Counted from the stretch's first letter, positions 1-18,349 are shown. The stretch is DNA of 64,000 nt from Eledone cirrhosa (GCA_964016885.1 OZ024741.1:136834001-136898000), one strand, 5' to 3'. Translations and numbers: made by a program. Notes: generated from the letters alone by a model not told the origin.

Positions 1-107
1 TATATATATATATATATTATATATATATATTATATATATATATTATATATATATATATATATTATATATTATATATATATATTATATATATATATTATAT
101 ATATATA

Positions 108-219
<112 letters not shown>

Positions 220-250
220 ATATATTATATATTATATATATATAATATAT

Positions 251-283
<33 letters not shown>

Positions 284-296
284 ATATATATATCAT

Positions 297-330
<34 letters not shown>

Positions 331-341
331 ATAATATATAT

Positions 342-373
<32 letters not shown>

Positions 374-399
374 ATTATATATATATATATTATATATAT

Positions 400-431
<32 letters not shown>

Positions 432-439
432 ATTATATA

Positions 440-482
<43 letters not shown>

Positions 483-592
483 ATATAATATTATATATAT
501 ATATTATATATATATTATATATATATATTATATATATATATATATATTATATATATATATATTATATATATATATTATATATATATTATATA

Positions 593-636
<44 letters not shown>

Positions 637-664
637 ATATATATATATATATATAATATATATA

Positions 665-797
<133 letters not shown>

Positions 798-827
798 ATA
801 TATATATATATTATTTATATATATATC

Positions 828-862
<35 letters not shown>

Positions 863-1355
863 TATATATTATATATATTATATATATATATATATATTAT
901 ATATATATATATATTATATATATATATATATTATATATATTATATATATATATATACTTACTCTTGGCGCAGCAGATTTGAAAAAAATTACCGGTACAAG
1001 GTTAGCATTTCTTTGTTTATGTTTTATATATGAATATTGATTGTCCTTATATATCATTCTGTTATTTTGCCCGAGAAAATATCTGTGTGTGTCATCAAAT
1101 GTTGTACACACAGATATTTTTTTCAATTTCCAATTGAGTTCTTAGCACGTGGCCTGAATTCTTTTCAGAGTTCATTGTCACGCGCATGTATTGTTTTTTT
1201 TTTTGCGGTAATTCACTTCCTCATTTTTTGAATCAGTTCGAGCACTTCTTTCAGAACTGCTTGACTGGCTACCTGACAGATACCTCAGGCACAGAAAGTG
1301 ATTATCGCTAAATGCTGATGTTGGTTAGATTATCAATATTAGTATTATTGGGGCA

Positions 1356-1482
1356 CCCACTGATGAATTATAGGAGCCCACTTGAATATATATCTATTGA
1401 TGGTATACAAGCTCCTACATAAATTGGTATAATTTCACCCAAATTGTAGGAGTCCTATAATGAAACGAGACGTCCGTCTGGG
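1356..1482 (+). ncRNA. Type I hammerhead ribozyme with long stem II
   Basis: ccca-CTGATGA(1360)-attatagga...tcctataat-GAAA(1462)-cg-agacgtc-cg-TC^tggg. All three stems pair and loop III contains the palindrome gacgtc. Confidence 0.8.
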
Positions 1483-1772
1483 AAGAGAGATATTAGATAT
1501 GTCTCATTTGAAATAATACAGCCAATTTTCCACGCAATACTTTTAGTTAGCACCCCGAACACATAATTGGGAATATAATCACTTATTTCCTAATGTTTGT
1601 TGAGTGAGTTGGAATTTGGCCGGAGTATCGCTAAAAAGCTTTCTCCGATATTGTATTTATTATATATATATATTATATATATTATATATAATATATATAT
1701 ATATATATTATATATATATATATATATAATATATATATATATATATAATATATATATATATATAATATATAT

Positions 1773-1803
<31 letters not shown>

Positions 1804-1809
1804 ATATAT

Positions 1810-1879
<70 letters not shown>

Positions 1880-2108
1880 TATATATATATAATATATATA
1901 TAGGAACAAGTAAGACCCCGACGGCTGAGCTCAAGCCGTTTCAACGGCTAATTCTTCGTAATATATATATATATATATAATATATATATAATATATAATA
2001 TATATATAATATATATATATATTATATTATATATATAATATATATATATATATATAATATATATAATATATATATATATATATTATATATATATATATAA
2101 TATATATA

Positions 2109-2148
<40 letters not shown>

Positions 2149-2149
2149 C

Positions 2150-2434
2150 ATGTAAAGTTATATTTAAAATTGTTGGGGTACAACTAGTAAATATTTATAA
2201 CTGATATAAAAGCACTCGACAAATATTTGGAGTATATTTACAATATTAAATAAATGGAAAACTATATTTATAAAACCATATTTATTTCACTATATATATT
2301 TCGGGGATATCATATTAACAATATGCTATGCCTTCATCATGAAGGCATAGCATATTGTTAATATGATATCCCCGAAATATATATAGTGAAATAAATATGG
2401 TTTTATAAATATAGTTTCCATTTATTTAATATTG

Positions 2435-2436
<2 letters not shown>
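2150..2436. mobile_element. Palindromic mini-element in (TA)n; PLE-type 3' end with truncated hammerhead
   Basis: ~100-bp arms centred at 2338 (gccttcat-c-atgaaggc). The arm reads tgatgaaggc...ccccGAAAtatatata. A related non-palindromic copy with intact ctgatgaa lies at about 23852-24045. Confidence 0.7.
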
Positions 2437-2522
<86 letters not shown>

Positions 2523-2542
2523 TATAATATATATATAATATA

Positions 2543-2709
<167 letters not shown>

Positions 2710-2753
2710 ATATATTATATATATATATATATTATATATATATATATCAATAT

Positions 2754-2784
<31 letters not shown>

Positions 2785-2846
2785 ATTATATAATATATAT
2801 ATATATATAATATATAATATATATATATATAATAAATATATATTAT

Positions 2847-2909
<63 letters not shown>

Positions 2910-2917
2910 ATTATATA

Positions 2918-3110
<193 letters not shown>

Positions 3111-3347
3111 ATATATATAATATATATATATATATATATAATATATATATATTAAATATATATATAATATATATATATATATTATATATATATATATTAT
3201 ATATATATATTATATATATATTATATATATATATATTAAATATATATATAATATATATATATATTACATATATATATATTATTTATATATATTATATATA
3301 TTATAATATATATTATATATATTATATAATATATATATATATATTAT

Positions 3348-3417
<70 letters not shown>

Positions 3418-3447
3418 ATATATATATATATTATATATATATATTAT

Positions 3448-3537
<90 letters not shown>

Positions 3538-3664
3538 TATATACATATGGCTGAAACAGGTAAAAGAGGTAAAAGAGTATATATTAAATATATATATAAT
3601 ATATATATTATATATATATATATATATTATATATATATATATATATATAATATATATATATATT

Positions 3665-3761
<97 letters not shown>

Positions 3762-3832
3762 TATATATATATATATATTATTATATTATATATATATATA
3801 TATATATTATATATTATATATATATTATATAT

Positions 3833-3874
<42 letters not shown>

Positions 3875-3897
3875 ATATATTATATATATATATATAT

Positions 3898-4002
<105 letters not shown>

Positions 4003-4003
4003 A

Positions 4004-4101
<98 letters not shown>

Positions 4102-4125
4102 TATTATATATATATATATATATAT

Positions 4126-4246
<121 letters not shown>

Positions 4247-4260
4247 TATTATATATATAT

Positions 4261-4302
<42 letters not shown>

Positions 4303-4339
4303 TATAATATATATATATATTATATATATATATATAATA

Positions 4340-4372
<33 letters not shown>

Positions 4373-4411
4373 ATATATATTATATATATATATTATATAT
4401 ATATTATATAT

Positions 4412-4443
<32 letters not shown>

Positions 4444-4579
4444 ATTATATATATATATATATTATATATATATATTATATATATATTATATATATATATA
4501 TAATATATATATATATAATATATATATATAATATATATATATATTATATATAATATATATATATATTATATGTATATAT

Positions 4580-4718
<139 letters not shown>

Positions 4719-4759
4719 ATATTATATATTATATATATATATAATATATTATATATTAT

Positions 4760-4801
<42 letters not shown>

Positions 4802-4854
4802 ATATAATATATATATATAATATATATATATATTATATATATAAAATATATATA

Positions 4855-4930
<76 letters not shown>

Positions 4931-5081
4931 ATAATATATATATTATATATATATATATATTATATATATATATATATTATATATATTATATATATATATA
5001 TTATATATATATATATATTATATATATATATAATATATATATATATATTATATATATATATATATATATATGTAATATATA

Positions 5082-5124
<43 letters not shown>

Positions 5125-5130
5125 ATATAT

Positions 5131-5161
<31 letters not shown>

Positions 5162-5210
5162 GATATAGATAGGTAAATATACACGGGTGTGTATGGTTGT
5201 GTATAGAAGA

Positions 5211-5776
<566 letters not shown>

Positions 5777-5778
5777 AT

Positions 5779-5830
<52 letters not shown>

Positions 5831-5832
<2 letters not shown>

Positions 5833-6070
5833 GGATTGGTGTTCTGAAATAGCGATGTATACATGAATGTATGTATAGTATATTTGGCAATATACCGTAA
5901 GTTTAATTAAAATCATTTAGAAGACCATACGCTATAAGTTTTAAAGTAGTGATTATGTCACTTCTTTTCGGCGAAAGAAGGGAGAGAAGCTGGTTGGCGT
6001 TCATCAGAGCCACGTACTAAAACTGATAACATATGGCCTTCTAAATGTTTTTAATTAAACCAAATATACT
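5831..6070 (-). mobile_element. Partial copy of the 317-bp hammerhead repeat family seen at 31357-31920
   Basis: taggattggtgttctgaaatagcgatgtatacatg...ggttggcgttcatcagagccacgtact matches about 31492-31702, with an internal deletion in the ribozyme. Confidence 0.7.
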
Positions 6071-6157
6071 ATACATACATTCATATATATATAAGCTATA
6101 TATATATATATATATAAGCTATATATATATATATATATATATAAGCTATACTTATAA

Positions 6158-6210
<53 letters not shown>

Positions 6211-6223
6211 GCTATACTTATAA

Positions 6224-6300
<77 letters not shown>

Positions 6301-6312
6301 CTATACTTATAA

Positions 6313-6346
<34 letters not shown>

Positions 6347-7205
6347 CCTGTAACCTTTGAATCTGGAGTTTCTTCAAGGTGTATTTGACTCTCGAGGCAG
6401 GAAAAAACTCTGTGTGTGAGTGTGTGTGTGTGGGTTTTTTTCAGTGATTGTTGAACTAGTGTTTAGAATCGAAACACGGTGCCACACACATTATTTTGGT
6501 TTATATGTCACAATCATTAGTAGATTTTTCCTGTCACTTCATAATGAAAATCCTAAATTCAGTTTGTATAAAAGATGTGAAAAGTTGGCCTGTTATTTCT
6601 ACTAATTCTTTTGGAATCGATTTATACGAAAAGCTGGTATTGTAGCCTGCTAAAGTGTTTGTGTCTTGCTGCTGGGAAAAGGAGAAGGGGTATGGGAAAA
6701 GAGAAGGAATGAGAGGAGGGGAGAAGAGAAGAAAAGGACGAGAAGGAGGGGGAGGGTTATCTGTAGTTTATCTCTTCAACTGTAGCATACCGTAATTAAT
6801 GGAAGGGGCGGCGTCCTCTCTAGGTTGGCTACACACCCTATAACCCCCACAGGAACAACTCCTCTCGTTATATATCCACTCCTAAACACACATACACACT
6901 CACACCCACACACCTCTTACCAACAACACTTGTTTTTCGGAAGCATACCTAACTCTGCATATATGCATATAGGCGTTCCAGTAACCCCTTCTCTCTCTCT
7001 CCCTCTCTCTCTCTCTTTCTCTCTCTCCTCTCTCTCTCTCCCACTCTTACACTCTCTCTATCACTTTCAAACAACAATTTTGCCCTCCATCTCTCTCACG
7101 CTCTGTATCTTTCCCGCTATTAATTTGTATGTACATATACATGTATAAAAGCAGGCACATATATATATATATGTATATATATATGTATATATATATATAT
7201 ATATA

Positions 7206-7251
<46 letters not shown>

Positions 7252-7612
7252 TGTGTGTGTGTGTGCGCGCGCGTGCGTATGTGATTGCATGTGCATATGT
7301 ATGTGTGTGCGCGCAGACATATACATACATATAATCACAAACATATTATACACATATATGCCTATATGGAGTGTGTGTATGTGGTTCCTTGTGGGTTCCT
7401 TGTAAGTTTATATATATATACTATGAATTAACCGTTTTTTGTTTCATTTCATCGTTTTAATATTTCTATTTATCATCATTTTAATATTTCTATTTTTGAC
7501 TGTGTCCAATGAATTATATCGTTGAAAATTTTGTATTTTAAACTTTGCTTCACGACATCTACATACAGATTACATTGAGTTCTTCATTGATTGGTAGATT
7601 TATCTGTGTGTG

Positions 7613-7876
<264 letters not shown>

Positions 7877-7879
7877 ATG

Positions 7880-7910
<31 letters not shown>

Positions 7911-8601
7911 AAACACACACACAAATATCTGCATATAACTTACAGTTGTATGCATTTAATCAATATTTGCTTTGACATTTTCTAAAACACACACTGACTT
8001 AAACAGACCCGCCCACTTGTACACGCACATACATATGCATGCATACACATACATATACACACATACGCATACATATACATACAACACTTACACAGAGATG
8101 TAAGCAGACAAACTCACGTGCGTATACACATATATACACAGATACACACATACGCGCATATACACACCTACATACGTATGCATACATACACACCTACATA
8201 CGTATGCATACATACACATACATATGCACATGTATACACTTACATATAGACATACACAATCATACATAGATGTAAGCAGACCGACCCACATGTACGTACA
8301 TGTATATACACATACACTGACATACCCATACACCCTTACAAGCAAATACATACGCAAACATTTATATACACACACAGCCATTCACATGTATAGACACACA
8401 CTTCCATACATCCATACACATTTACATACACATACACACACACATACACACACACATACACCCATTCAAACACATACACACACACACACACGCATATATA
8501 TATATATATATAAATATACAGCCATTCGCATACATAGATACACACTTCCATACGCCCATACACATTTACATACACATACACACACACATACACCCATCCA
8601 A

Positions 8602-8634
<33 letters not shown>

Positions 8635-8832
8635 CAGCCATTCACATACATAGATACACACTCCCATACGCCCATACATATTCACATACATACATATACA
8701 CACCCTCATGCATATATACCTCCCATTAACGTTGCTTAGCTGTATTATTCAGAGGCATACGTGCTTATCGATCTTATAAATAGGTAATCGAAAAAATTGG
8801 GAAGGTCTTTGAGGAATCTGTCAAACTATTTT

Positions 8833-8968
8833 ATATAAATACTTCAAGAAGTTTTTTGAATTACCAAATTCCTGCCAGAATTCTACCAGTCACATTCACA
8901 GCAAACACTTTTATATACAAGGTCCTTCTTTAGTAGTGTTTCATAATTTTACTGTACTAGAGGTAAGT
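8833..8968 (+). promoter_or_regulatory. Possible TATA box and non-coding first exon of the host gene
   Basis: Unique-sequence island with TATAAA at about 8834 and a strong donor AG|GTAAGT at 8962/8963. The first coding exon is preceded by an acceptor (tttcag, ends 26527), so an upstream UTR exon is expected. The link is not proven. Confidence 0.3.
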
Positions 8969-9174
8969 TGAACTAATATATTATATTATATATATTCATT
9001 TATATATGTATACAAACATACTCATATATACATACAAACATATTCATACACATATATAAATACAAACATACATATATGCACACACAAAAACATATATATA
9101 TACATACATATATAAATGTATACATTTATACACATTTATATACACAAATACACAAATATACATATATGTATATA

Positions 9175-9395
9175 TAAAATACAATATGTTGAAAAGGTAA
9201 CACACTAGAGAGAGATAGTGCGCCATCTATAAAACAGGTACAATGGTAGTTTTCCCTGTTTTATTGATGAGCACTATCTCTCTCTCTAGTGTGTTACCTT
9301 TTCAACATATTGTATTTTAAAGAGCTCAGGGGTCCTTTTCCTTTGCACACATAATTGACAGGGAATAACGAGAGTCTATGGCTCTGTTAATTTAT

Positions 9396-9400
<5 letters not shown>
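9175..9400 (+). mobile_element. Head-to-head inverted mini-element in (TA)n
   Basis: taaaatacaatatgttgaaaaggtaacacactagagag... is mirrored by ...ctctagtgtgttaccttttcaacatattgtatttta. A second family member is at 20986-21452. Confidence 0.7.
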
Positions 9401-9443
<43 letters not shown>

Positions 9444-9479
9444 TCATATACACACACATATATGTATGTGTGTGTGTAA

Positions 9480-9535
<56 letters not shown>

Positions 9536-9615
9536 TCACACACACACATGTGTGTGCGTATATGTATGTATTTATATGTATGCATTTATATATATATATA
9601 TATATATATAAATTC

Positions 9616-9691
<76 letters not shown>

Positions 9692-9798
9692 TTATTTATG
9701 TGTATATATGTATGTATATATATATATATATATATGTATATATTTATTTATGTGTATATATGTATGTATATATATATATATATATGTATATATATTTG

Positions 9799-9848
<50 letters not shown>

Positions 9849-9866
9849 CACACATATATATATACT

Positions 9867-9898
<32 letters not shown>

Positions 9899-10029
9899 CA
9901 TACATATATACACACATATATATATACATACATATATACACACATATATATATACATACATATATACACATATATATATATACATACATATATACACATA
10001 TATATATATACATATACATATAAATACAC

Positions 10030-10085
<56 letters not shown>

Positions 10086-10106
10086 GTGTATATATATATG
10101 TGTATG

Positions 10107-10154
<48 letters not shown>

Positions 10155-10307
10155 AGTATATATATATATGTGTGTATATATATATACATATATATATACA
10201 TATATATATACATATATATATTTATTAAAATAACAGATTTGGATTTTAGTCTTCAAATTTATTATTACTACTATATACATATATATATATATATACATAC
10301 ATATATG

Positions 10308-10360
<53 letters not shown>

Positions 10361-10532
10361 TCAGAAAATTCCTACTTCAAAAGTTTTTGAAAACTTTTTC
10401 CTTATGTTATGTTCAATATTGTAATTTTTGTATTTCTTGTTTTTCCCGAATTGCTGTATTCTAATTATATTTGAGCGCCATAAAGACATTTACCTGTAAT
10501 CTCACTCTATATTTACATTTCCTTGTAATTCC

Positions 10533-10760
10533 CCTTATATTAATATTTGCCTATAATTTCACCCTATAATAACAATTGCCTATAATTTTACCCGATCTCA
10601 ACATTTGCCTATAGTTTCCCCCTGTATTAACAATTGCCTATAATGACTACCTATATTAACAATTGACTATAATTTCACCCTATAATAACAGTTGCCTACA
10701 ATTTCACCCTATACCAATATTTGCCCATAATTACCCCTATATTAACAATTGTCTATAACC
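10533..10760. repeat. 30-bp minisatellite, about 7 diverged copies
   Basis: Unit approximately ccctatattaacaattgcctataatttcac. Confidence 0.8.
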
Positions 10761-11083
10761 CCCCCCCCCCCCACACACACACACTCGTCCATGGATCTCG
10801 GGAATTTTACCCGCCCTATAACTGTGTGTGTGTTGTATATATGTGTGCGTGTGTGTATATACAAATATACATGTATAAATATATGTATGTTATATTTGAG
10901 GAGGTTCATATTGTTATAATAATAATTGTTTCTCTTTTTGGCACAAGGCCAGCAATTATCCCAGTGTATTATAATAATAATAAAACACTCACTGTTTGGT
11001 TTGGATTGGTTTTCACTTCTGTATCTTTTATATCTCTATAGTTAATCTATCAGGCAATCCGTTTGATTGACCAACCGTTAAAA

Positions 11084-11180
<97 letters not shown>

Positions 11181-11439
11181 CGTATTTAAGAAAGCCACAA
11201 CAATGCAAAGGGAAATCTCGAGGTAGGAAGTGAAATATAGATAGGAAAAACAGGTGAAAGTGAAAATTGAGAGAGACAAAGATGAAAACAAAACAAAGGT
11301 AGAAGGGTTACCGTAGTAGAGATTTAATCCCAATATTTCGGGCTCACGCCCATCAACGGGGGAAAAGTTCCAAAAGGGGGGGGGGAACAGGCCAAGCGGA
11401 GAAAGCTGTGATGTCGTTAAGACAGGAATGCCGTTATAC

Positions 11440-11588
<149 letters not shown>

Positions 11589-11635
11589 ATCAAAGTTCTT
11601 TCTTCACATCGTAAGTGGTACTATTATGTTTCCAC

Positions 11636-11915
11636 CCGTTGGAGGTTATGGGTTCGATTCTGGACCGGGTGATGTGTTGTGTCCTTGAGAAAGAAACTTT
11701 ATTTCACGTTACTCCAGTTTATTCAGCTGTAGAAATGGTTTGCAACGTCACTGGTGCTACGATGTATCAGCCTTTGCCTTTATCTTGGATAACATCGGTG
11801 GCACGGAGAGGTGTGATCGCTATGCATAGGCGACGGCTGGTCTTCCATAAACAACCTTGCCTGGACTTGTGCCTCGGAAGGGAACGTTTTAGGTGCAAAT
11901 CCTAGTCATTCGTGA
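11636..11915 (+). mobile_element. tRNA-derived SINE (family B)
   Basis: B-box ggttcgattc followed by gtgttgtgtccttgagaaagaaactttatttcacg. Related copies at about 13790-13885 (-), 50018-50250 (+), 51790-51917 (-) and 62210-62305 (+). Confidence 0.65.
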
Positions 11916-11968
11916 CATATTTTTCCTATTTGTGATATATCTTAACAGTATCTTGTCTTTTTATTGTA

Positions 11969-12052
<84 letters not shown>

Positions 12053-12565
12053 GTGGGGGGTTTTTTTACGAGGTGTCCTACACGAATGAAAGTATAAAGG
12101 AAAAAGATGAAATCGAAAATGCAGTCTTTTTTTTTCGATTTCATCTTTTATCCTTATATATACTGTATGTATATATATGTATGTAAAAGGTAAACAGAAA
12201 TAACAACACAATCGGTACAGTATATGGAAGGGATATATTAGGTTAACGCTTGATATAACCGGAAGAGGGTTTTAACGTTTCGGACGCTGGTCCTTCATGA
12301 GAAGAAAGAATGAGAAATAAAATAGATTAAGCGGACGGGCGGGATGGAATTGGAAAAAATGTCTTTAGATAAAAATAATATGTCCATTCATGTTGACATC
12401 TCTTGCAAAACTGTTGGTGCTGGCGTTTTGTGTATGATTTGTTTTTTAGAAAAGTGGATGATGGCGCGCGTCTACCTGCAATGGAAAAAAAAAACTTTTG
12501 TAAAAAGAGCTATACTTGAGCACGTGCGTAAGCATAAGTGTGTGTGCGTGTGTGTGTGTGTGTGT

Positions 12566-12705
<140 letters not shown>

Positions 12706-12809
12706 TTATACGTCCGTACGAAGCTAAGAAGAGACATGTGTGTATATATATATATATATGTAGAAGTTCTATTTAAATTGTTGGGATACAACAAGCAAAT
12801 ATATATATA

Positions 12810-13370
12810 TCGACGTATTATCTTCGCTTTTTCCGTTCATTGTCAGGGAACGTCTTCACGAACCAAAGTATCGTCTTCCTGTTTTCCTTCAGTTGCAACG
12901 TTTTTCGAAATATTTACTTCTGCGTTCACAGATTGATTTTTTTAGTGTCAGAAGACCCCGTTAAGGGTGAAAGCAGCGATTCTTTGCTTGGATGCGTGTA
13001 TGTATTTATTTAATTTCAATTACCTCTGTATTTTATTTACTTTATTCTTAACTCTGAAGCCGAGAATCATTCGGTTTCCTAGTTAGAATTTTAGTCTACG
13101 ACTTCAGTTATACCATTTACGTGGTTTTGTCTTTGCGTGCAATTGTTCTCCTCGCTCCACATATGACGTATTATGTTCGTTTTTTCCCGTTCTTTGCCAG
13201 GGAACGTTTCCACGAACCAAAGTATCGTCTTCCTGTCTTCCTCCGGTTGCAACGTTTTTTGAAATATATACTTCTACATTCACATATTGACTTTTTTAGT
13301 TTCAGAAGATCCCGTTAAGGGTGAAAGCAGCGATTCTTTGTTTAAACTTTAATCTGTTATTTTAATAAAT
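12810..13370 (+). mobile_element. Diverged direct-repeat unit (period ~354 bp) with a degenerate hammerhead-like core
   Basis: ...cagggaacg...gaaccaaagtatcgtcttcctg...tcagaaga(c/t)cccgttaagggtGAAAgcagcgattctttg occurs twice, at about 12815-12990 and 13150-13342. Flanked by TA. Confidence 0.55.
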
Positions 13371-13531
13371 ATATATATATATATATATATATATTGTTAT
13401 ACTTTGGGAGGGTCATGTTGCCAATAAGAAACACACGCACTTATTGGCAACATGACCCTCCCAAAGTATAACAATATCGGTTTCAACAGACGATTTCAGA
13501 TAAAGAATCTTGCTAAACAAATTCAGAAACG

Positions 13532-13586
<55 letters not shown>

Positions 13587-13654
13587 CATATGTGTGTGTG
13601 TGTGTATGTGTGTGTGGTGTGTGTGTGTATGTGTGTGTGTGTGTGTGTGTATGT

Positions 13655-13754
<100 letters not shown>

Positions 13755-14039
13755 ATTTTTGTCCACTGAGTAAACTGGAATAACATATAGTTAAGAGGCT
13801 TGCTTAAGGATACAACACGCCTTTGGGAATCGAACTCACAACCTTACAGTCGCGAACTAAACTGTTAAGGCACCACGCGCCTTCATGTGATGATGGGGTA
13901 AAGAAGTAAAGTATTGTAGTGGCGAAAGGTTTCAGACGACTCCACAATTTTTTAACAAAAATCAAGATAACACCTCATCAAATGAAAACTCACTTTAATG
14001 CATCAATGGTGAGTGAGTGTGTGTCCGTGAAACATATGC

Positions 14040-14430
14040 ATATACACCAGGTCCGAACACAGAAGTACCGAAGTCCCACTGCCACTTCCTCCGTCCCTGC
14101 GCTCTCCCTATCTCTCACTATTATGAGCAAATGGGGGCCCGCGTGCTGGCCACCTCGCGGCCCCGGCAGACAGAATAGAGAAAGCGTTTCCCCGAAGGAT
14201 GGTAAGGGAGATGCGCTGGAAGAGCTATTCCAGCTCGCGAGATTCACACTTGTGGGCAGCCAACTCTTTGCCGATGGTGGTGAGCAGGGAGGTGGCTCTA
14301 GAGCCAAGGACACTAAGAGTCTCCACTGCCACGGGCTCGACAGCAAGCCTGTCGGAGAGCGACCAATGTTTGGAGAGTTTACCCTCCTCGGCCCGAAGTG
14401 CAGCAGAGCCTGGGATAGTCCGAACTGCAT
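14040..14430 (-). mobile_element. 3' remnant of a CRE-like non-LTR retrotransposon (restriction-like endonuclease C-terminus)
   Basis: A minus-strand frame not in the ORF track gives PGSAALRAEEGKLSKH...EPVAVETLSVLGSRATSLLTTIGKE...RELE*LFQRISLTILRGNA. This matches the GSAA..AE..K..K / PxAVETLG / LFQRISxxIxRGN signature. Confidence 0.75.
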
Positions 14431-14487
14431 CAGGTTACCGCTGGAGAATGTATTGAATATGTTTTCCGACATCAATGTCACTATAAA

Positions 14488-15110
14488 CTAATACTTTTTA
14501 TGTCCACCTTTTGCCCGAATTGTCACTTTAATAGGATGTGACATGCTAACCACAAGAGCCTAACAATATTCTCGTGAATGTTCTTTAAATCATCCGTCCT
14601 TAGTAGCTTCCACTAATACTTGATGCGCTGAATAGTTGTTTGTCTGTAACCTTGATCTTCCTGTTTTCCCACAAATTTCCAGTAGGATTACGGTCAAGGA
14701 TATTTCCAGGCCACTCTAGAATTTGGACAATAACCTTTTAATGGTATTCTTGCACAATCTTTGCTCTATTACATGGAGCACCATAGTGCATGAATATGAT
14801 ACATCGATGTATGTACATGTTTATCTCCAGTTTATCCTTTCACAATTCTAGGTACCTTTCGCCATTCATAGTTGCCCCATTGTCAAAGAAATATCCCCTC
14901 GGATCATCTGACTGAGTGGATATTCGATTTTCTCTACAGTTTATTTTTCATCATATCTTTTTCTACGAGGTCTTTTGGCATGATCCTGGCATTCTACAAT
15001 CTGCTGCAGAGTTGATTTATTGGAAACATAACTTGGCCCCATTGCTCGTTATTTTGCGAATGTCAGGCGCTTCTATTTCATATCCAATGTCAATCTTGGC
15101 TTGCGGCTAG
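14488..15110 (-). mobile_element. Decayed Tc1-family transposase
   Basis: Minus-strand translation with stops gives MNGERYLEL*...IFMHYGAPCNRAK...LEWPGNILDRNPTGNLW...SMSHPIKVTIRAKGGHKKY*. Compare QDGAPCH, WPxxSPDLNPIENLW and AKGGxTKY. Confidence 0.8.
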
Positions 15111-15176
15111 GTATTATTTAAAATTAAATTTACAGCCCACACCTATATGGGTTTAGATGGCCTTATACGAAGTTGC

Positions 15177-15246
<70 letters not shown>

Positions 15247-15505
15247 GATAAACAGAAATAACAACACAACGGTACAGTATATGGAAGGCATATATTAGAT
15301 TAACACTTGAAATAGCAGGAAGAGGGTCTTAACGTTTTGGACGCTAGTCCTTCATCAGAAGAAAGAATGAGAAATAAGATAGATTGAAGGGACGGGCGGG
15401 TTGGAATTGGAAAAAATGTCTTTAGATTAAAAATAACAGGTCTATTTATGTTGACATCTCTCTCTATATATACATATGTGTGTGCGTGCGTGCGTGCGTG
15501 CGTGC

Positions 15506-15544
<39 letters not shown>

Positions 15545-15954
15545 CATAGGAGATTTTAGGGTGTTTTTATGATTGATACCCCCAGGTTAATCGTAAAAAA
15601 TAAGGTAAAATGAAGCGTTTTGTTTAAGAACATAATGTGCCGCCCGGTAAACGAACAGAAGCCGTGACTTTATTATCGTCAGTCCAAGATCCTAATTACT
15701 ACAATATATATGTGTACGTGTATGCTTATAATTAGTGCTCATGTGTATATAGAAGTGTTCAAAGAAACTTTAAAAATTTATAATTTATTTGATTTTATGA
15801 AAAACTGTCACAATTCATAAACTGAATTTATAATTCATAACTATAATTTTATAGTTTATCCGACTTATTCGGCTATTTTGTAGCCATCATATGAATTGTG
15901 ACAGCTTTTCATAATAAAAATAAATAAATTGAGAATTTTCACATTCACCGTATG

Positions 15955-16130
15955 CCATATCGGTAGAGCGTCAGACGCCATGCTTTGCAACATAGAGTTA
16001 TGGCCCTGTACGTTCTGCGTTCAAATCTCGCCGAGGTTAACTTTGCCTTTCATCCTTACGTGGTCAATAAAATAAAGTACCAGTAATACACTGGCATAAT
16101 TGCTGGCCTTGTGCCAAAAGGTAGAGACAA
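15955..16130 (+). mobile_element. tRNA-derived SINE (family A)
   Basis: atcggtagagcg...gttcaaatctcgccgaggttaactttgcctttcatcctt...ataaagtaccag. The same consensus occurs at 21227, 28813, 49134 and 62607. Confidence 0.8.
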
Positions 16131-16632
16131 TTATTTTATTGGTTTCCTTGTATTGTTGATTTTTTAAATAAGCTTTTCTTATATCTGTGTGTGAGTGAGT
16201 ATGTGTGTTTGTGTGTGTATGTGTGTGTGTACGTGTGTGTGTGTACGTGTGTGTGTACAAGTGTGTACAAGTGTGTGGTGAGTGTGTATGTGTTTGTTTG
16301 TATGTGTGTGTACGAGTATGTACGGGTGTGTATGTGTGTGTATGTGTATGTAGGTGTGTGTATGTACGTGTGTGTACATGTGTACGTATGAGTGCATATA
16401 TAAAAAGTTGATATCCAATTAATTTAGCGTGACTAATGTTTCAGTAATATAATGTTTATCTTATTGATTAAATACTTTTTTCTGTAAACAAAGATTTTCA
16501 TATTTTCTGTGATTTTCTGGGAAATCCTCTTAATGATTATAAGACAAAATATTCAAATGTATGTTTAGATATATATGTGTGTGTGTATTTATTTATGTGT
16601 ATGCATATATTGCATATATATATATATATATA

Positions 16633-16703
<71 letters not shown>

Positions 16704-16718
16704 ATATATATATATATA

Positions 16719-16868
<150 letters not shown>

Positions 16869-16936
16869 CAGGTTTAGCAAATAATGAAAAAGTTTCAAAA
16901 TAAATTTTAAAAAATTGACTTTACTTACTATAGTTA

Positions 16937-17018
16937 CCTTTACCGAATCGGTTTCGAATCTCAAAAATAAACGGACACCATACGGCCTTCGTTGCAAAGA
17001 AAGATTCTCGTCAGAAGG
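16937..17018 (-). ncRNA. Type I hammerhead ribozyme
   Basis: cctt-CTGACGA-gaatct...agattc-GAAA-ccga-t-tcgg-TA^aagg. Canonical core and three fully paired stems. Confidence 0.88.
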
Positions 17019-17418
17019 TTCTTTTCATTCGAAGAATATAAAATTCTTGAATTTAAATTACGAACTAGCGCTATCCAAAACTGTTCCTGAGATGAGAGTA
17101 AATGAAGTGGAATCAATTTTTTCAAGGGCCGAAAGTAAAGATAGAGGCAGAGGGAGGTAGGTCAATCGGCCGCCACTATCACTAGCAGCAGTCGGAACGA
17201 CCAAATTTTTTCTCAACATAGAGGAGAATAGTAATAATAGGATATGTATTCCTACACGCACAAAGCGCTAAGGGACACATGTATTTCCAACCATATGCCA
17301 ATGTGGTACAATGGCAGGTTAATAAATTAACGAGCCAGAACATATATAATCAGGTTTAGCAAATAATGAAAAAGTTTCAAAATAAATTTTTAAAAATTGA
17401 CTTTACTTACTATAGTTA

Positions 17419-17500
17419 CCTTTACCGAATCGGTTTCGAATCTCAAAAATAAACGGAGACCATACGGCCTTCGTTGCAAAGAAAGATTCTCGTCAGAAGG
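17419..17500 (-). ncRNA. Type I hammerhead ribozyme (second tandem copy)
   Basis: Same core and stems as 16937-17018, 482 bp away. Confidence 0.88.
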
Positions 17501-17770
17501 TTCTTTTCATTCGAAGAATATAAAATTCTTGAATTTAAATTACGAACTAGCGCTATCCAAACTGTTCCCGAGATGAGAGTAAATGAAGTGGAATCAATTT
17601 TTTCAAGGGCCGAAAGTAATTAAAATTTATTTTGAAACTTTTCATTATTTGCTAAACGTGATTATATATGTTCTGGCTCGTTAATTTATTAACCTGCCAT
17701 TGAACCACATTGGCATATGGTTGGACAATACTTGTGTCCCTTAGCGCTTTGTGCGTGTAGGCACATATCC

Positions 17771-17806
<36 letters not shown>

Positions 17807-17853
17807 TCTTTTACCTTTTCCAGACATCCGGCTGAGCCCATGCCGGATCACCG

Positions 17854-18172
<319 letters not shown>

Positions 18173-18198
18173 TCACACAATATATATATATTCATACA

Positions 18199-18349
<151 letters not shown>

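Noticed and set aside
13919-14491. 190-aa (+) and 163-aa (-) ORFs as host genes
   Set aside because: They are shadow frames of the CRE-like LINE relic, whose real frame contains a stop.
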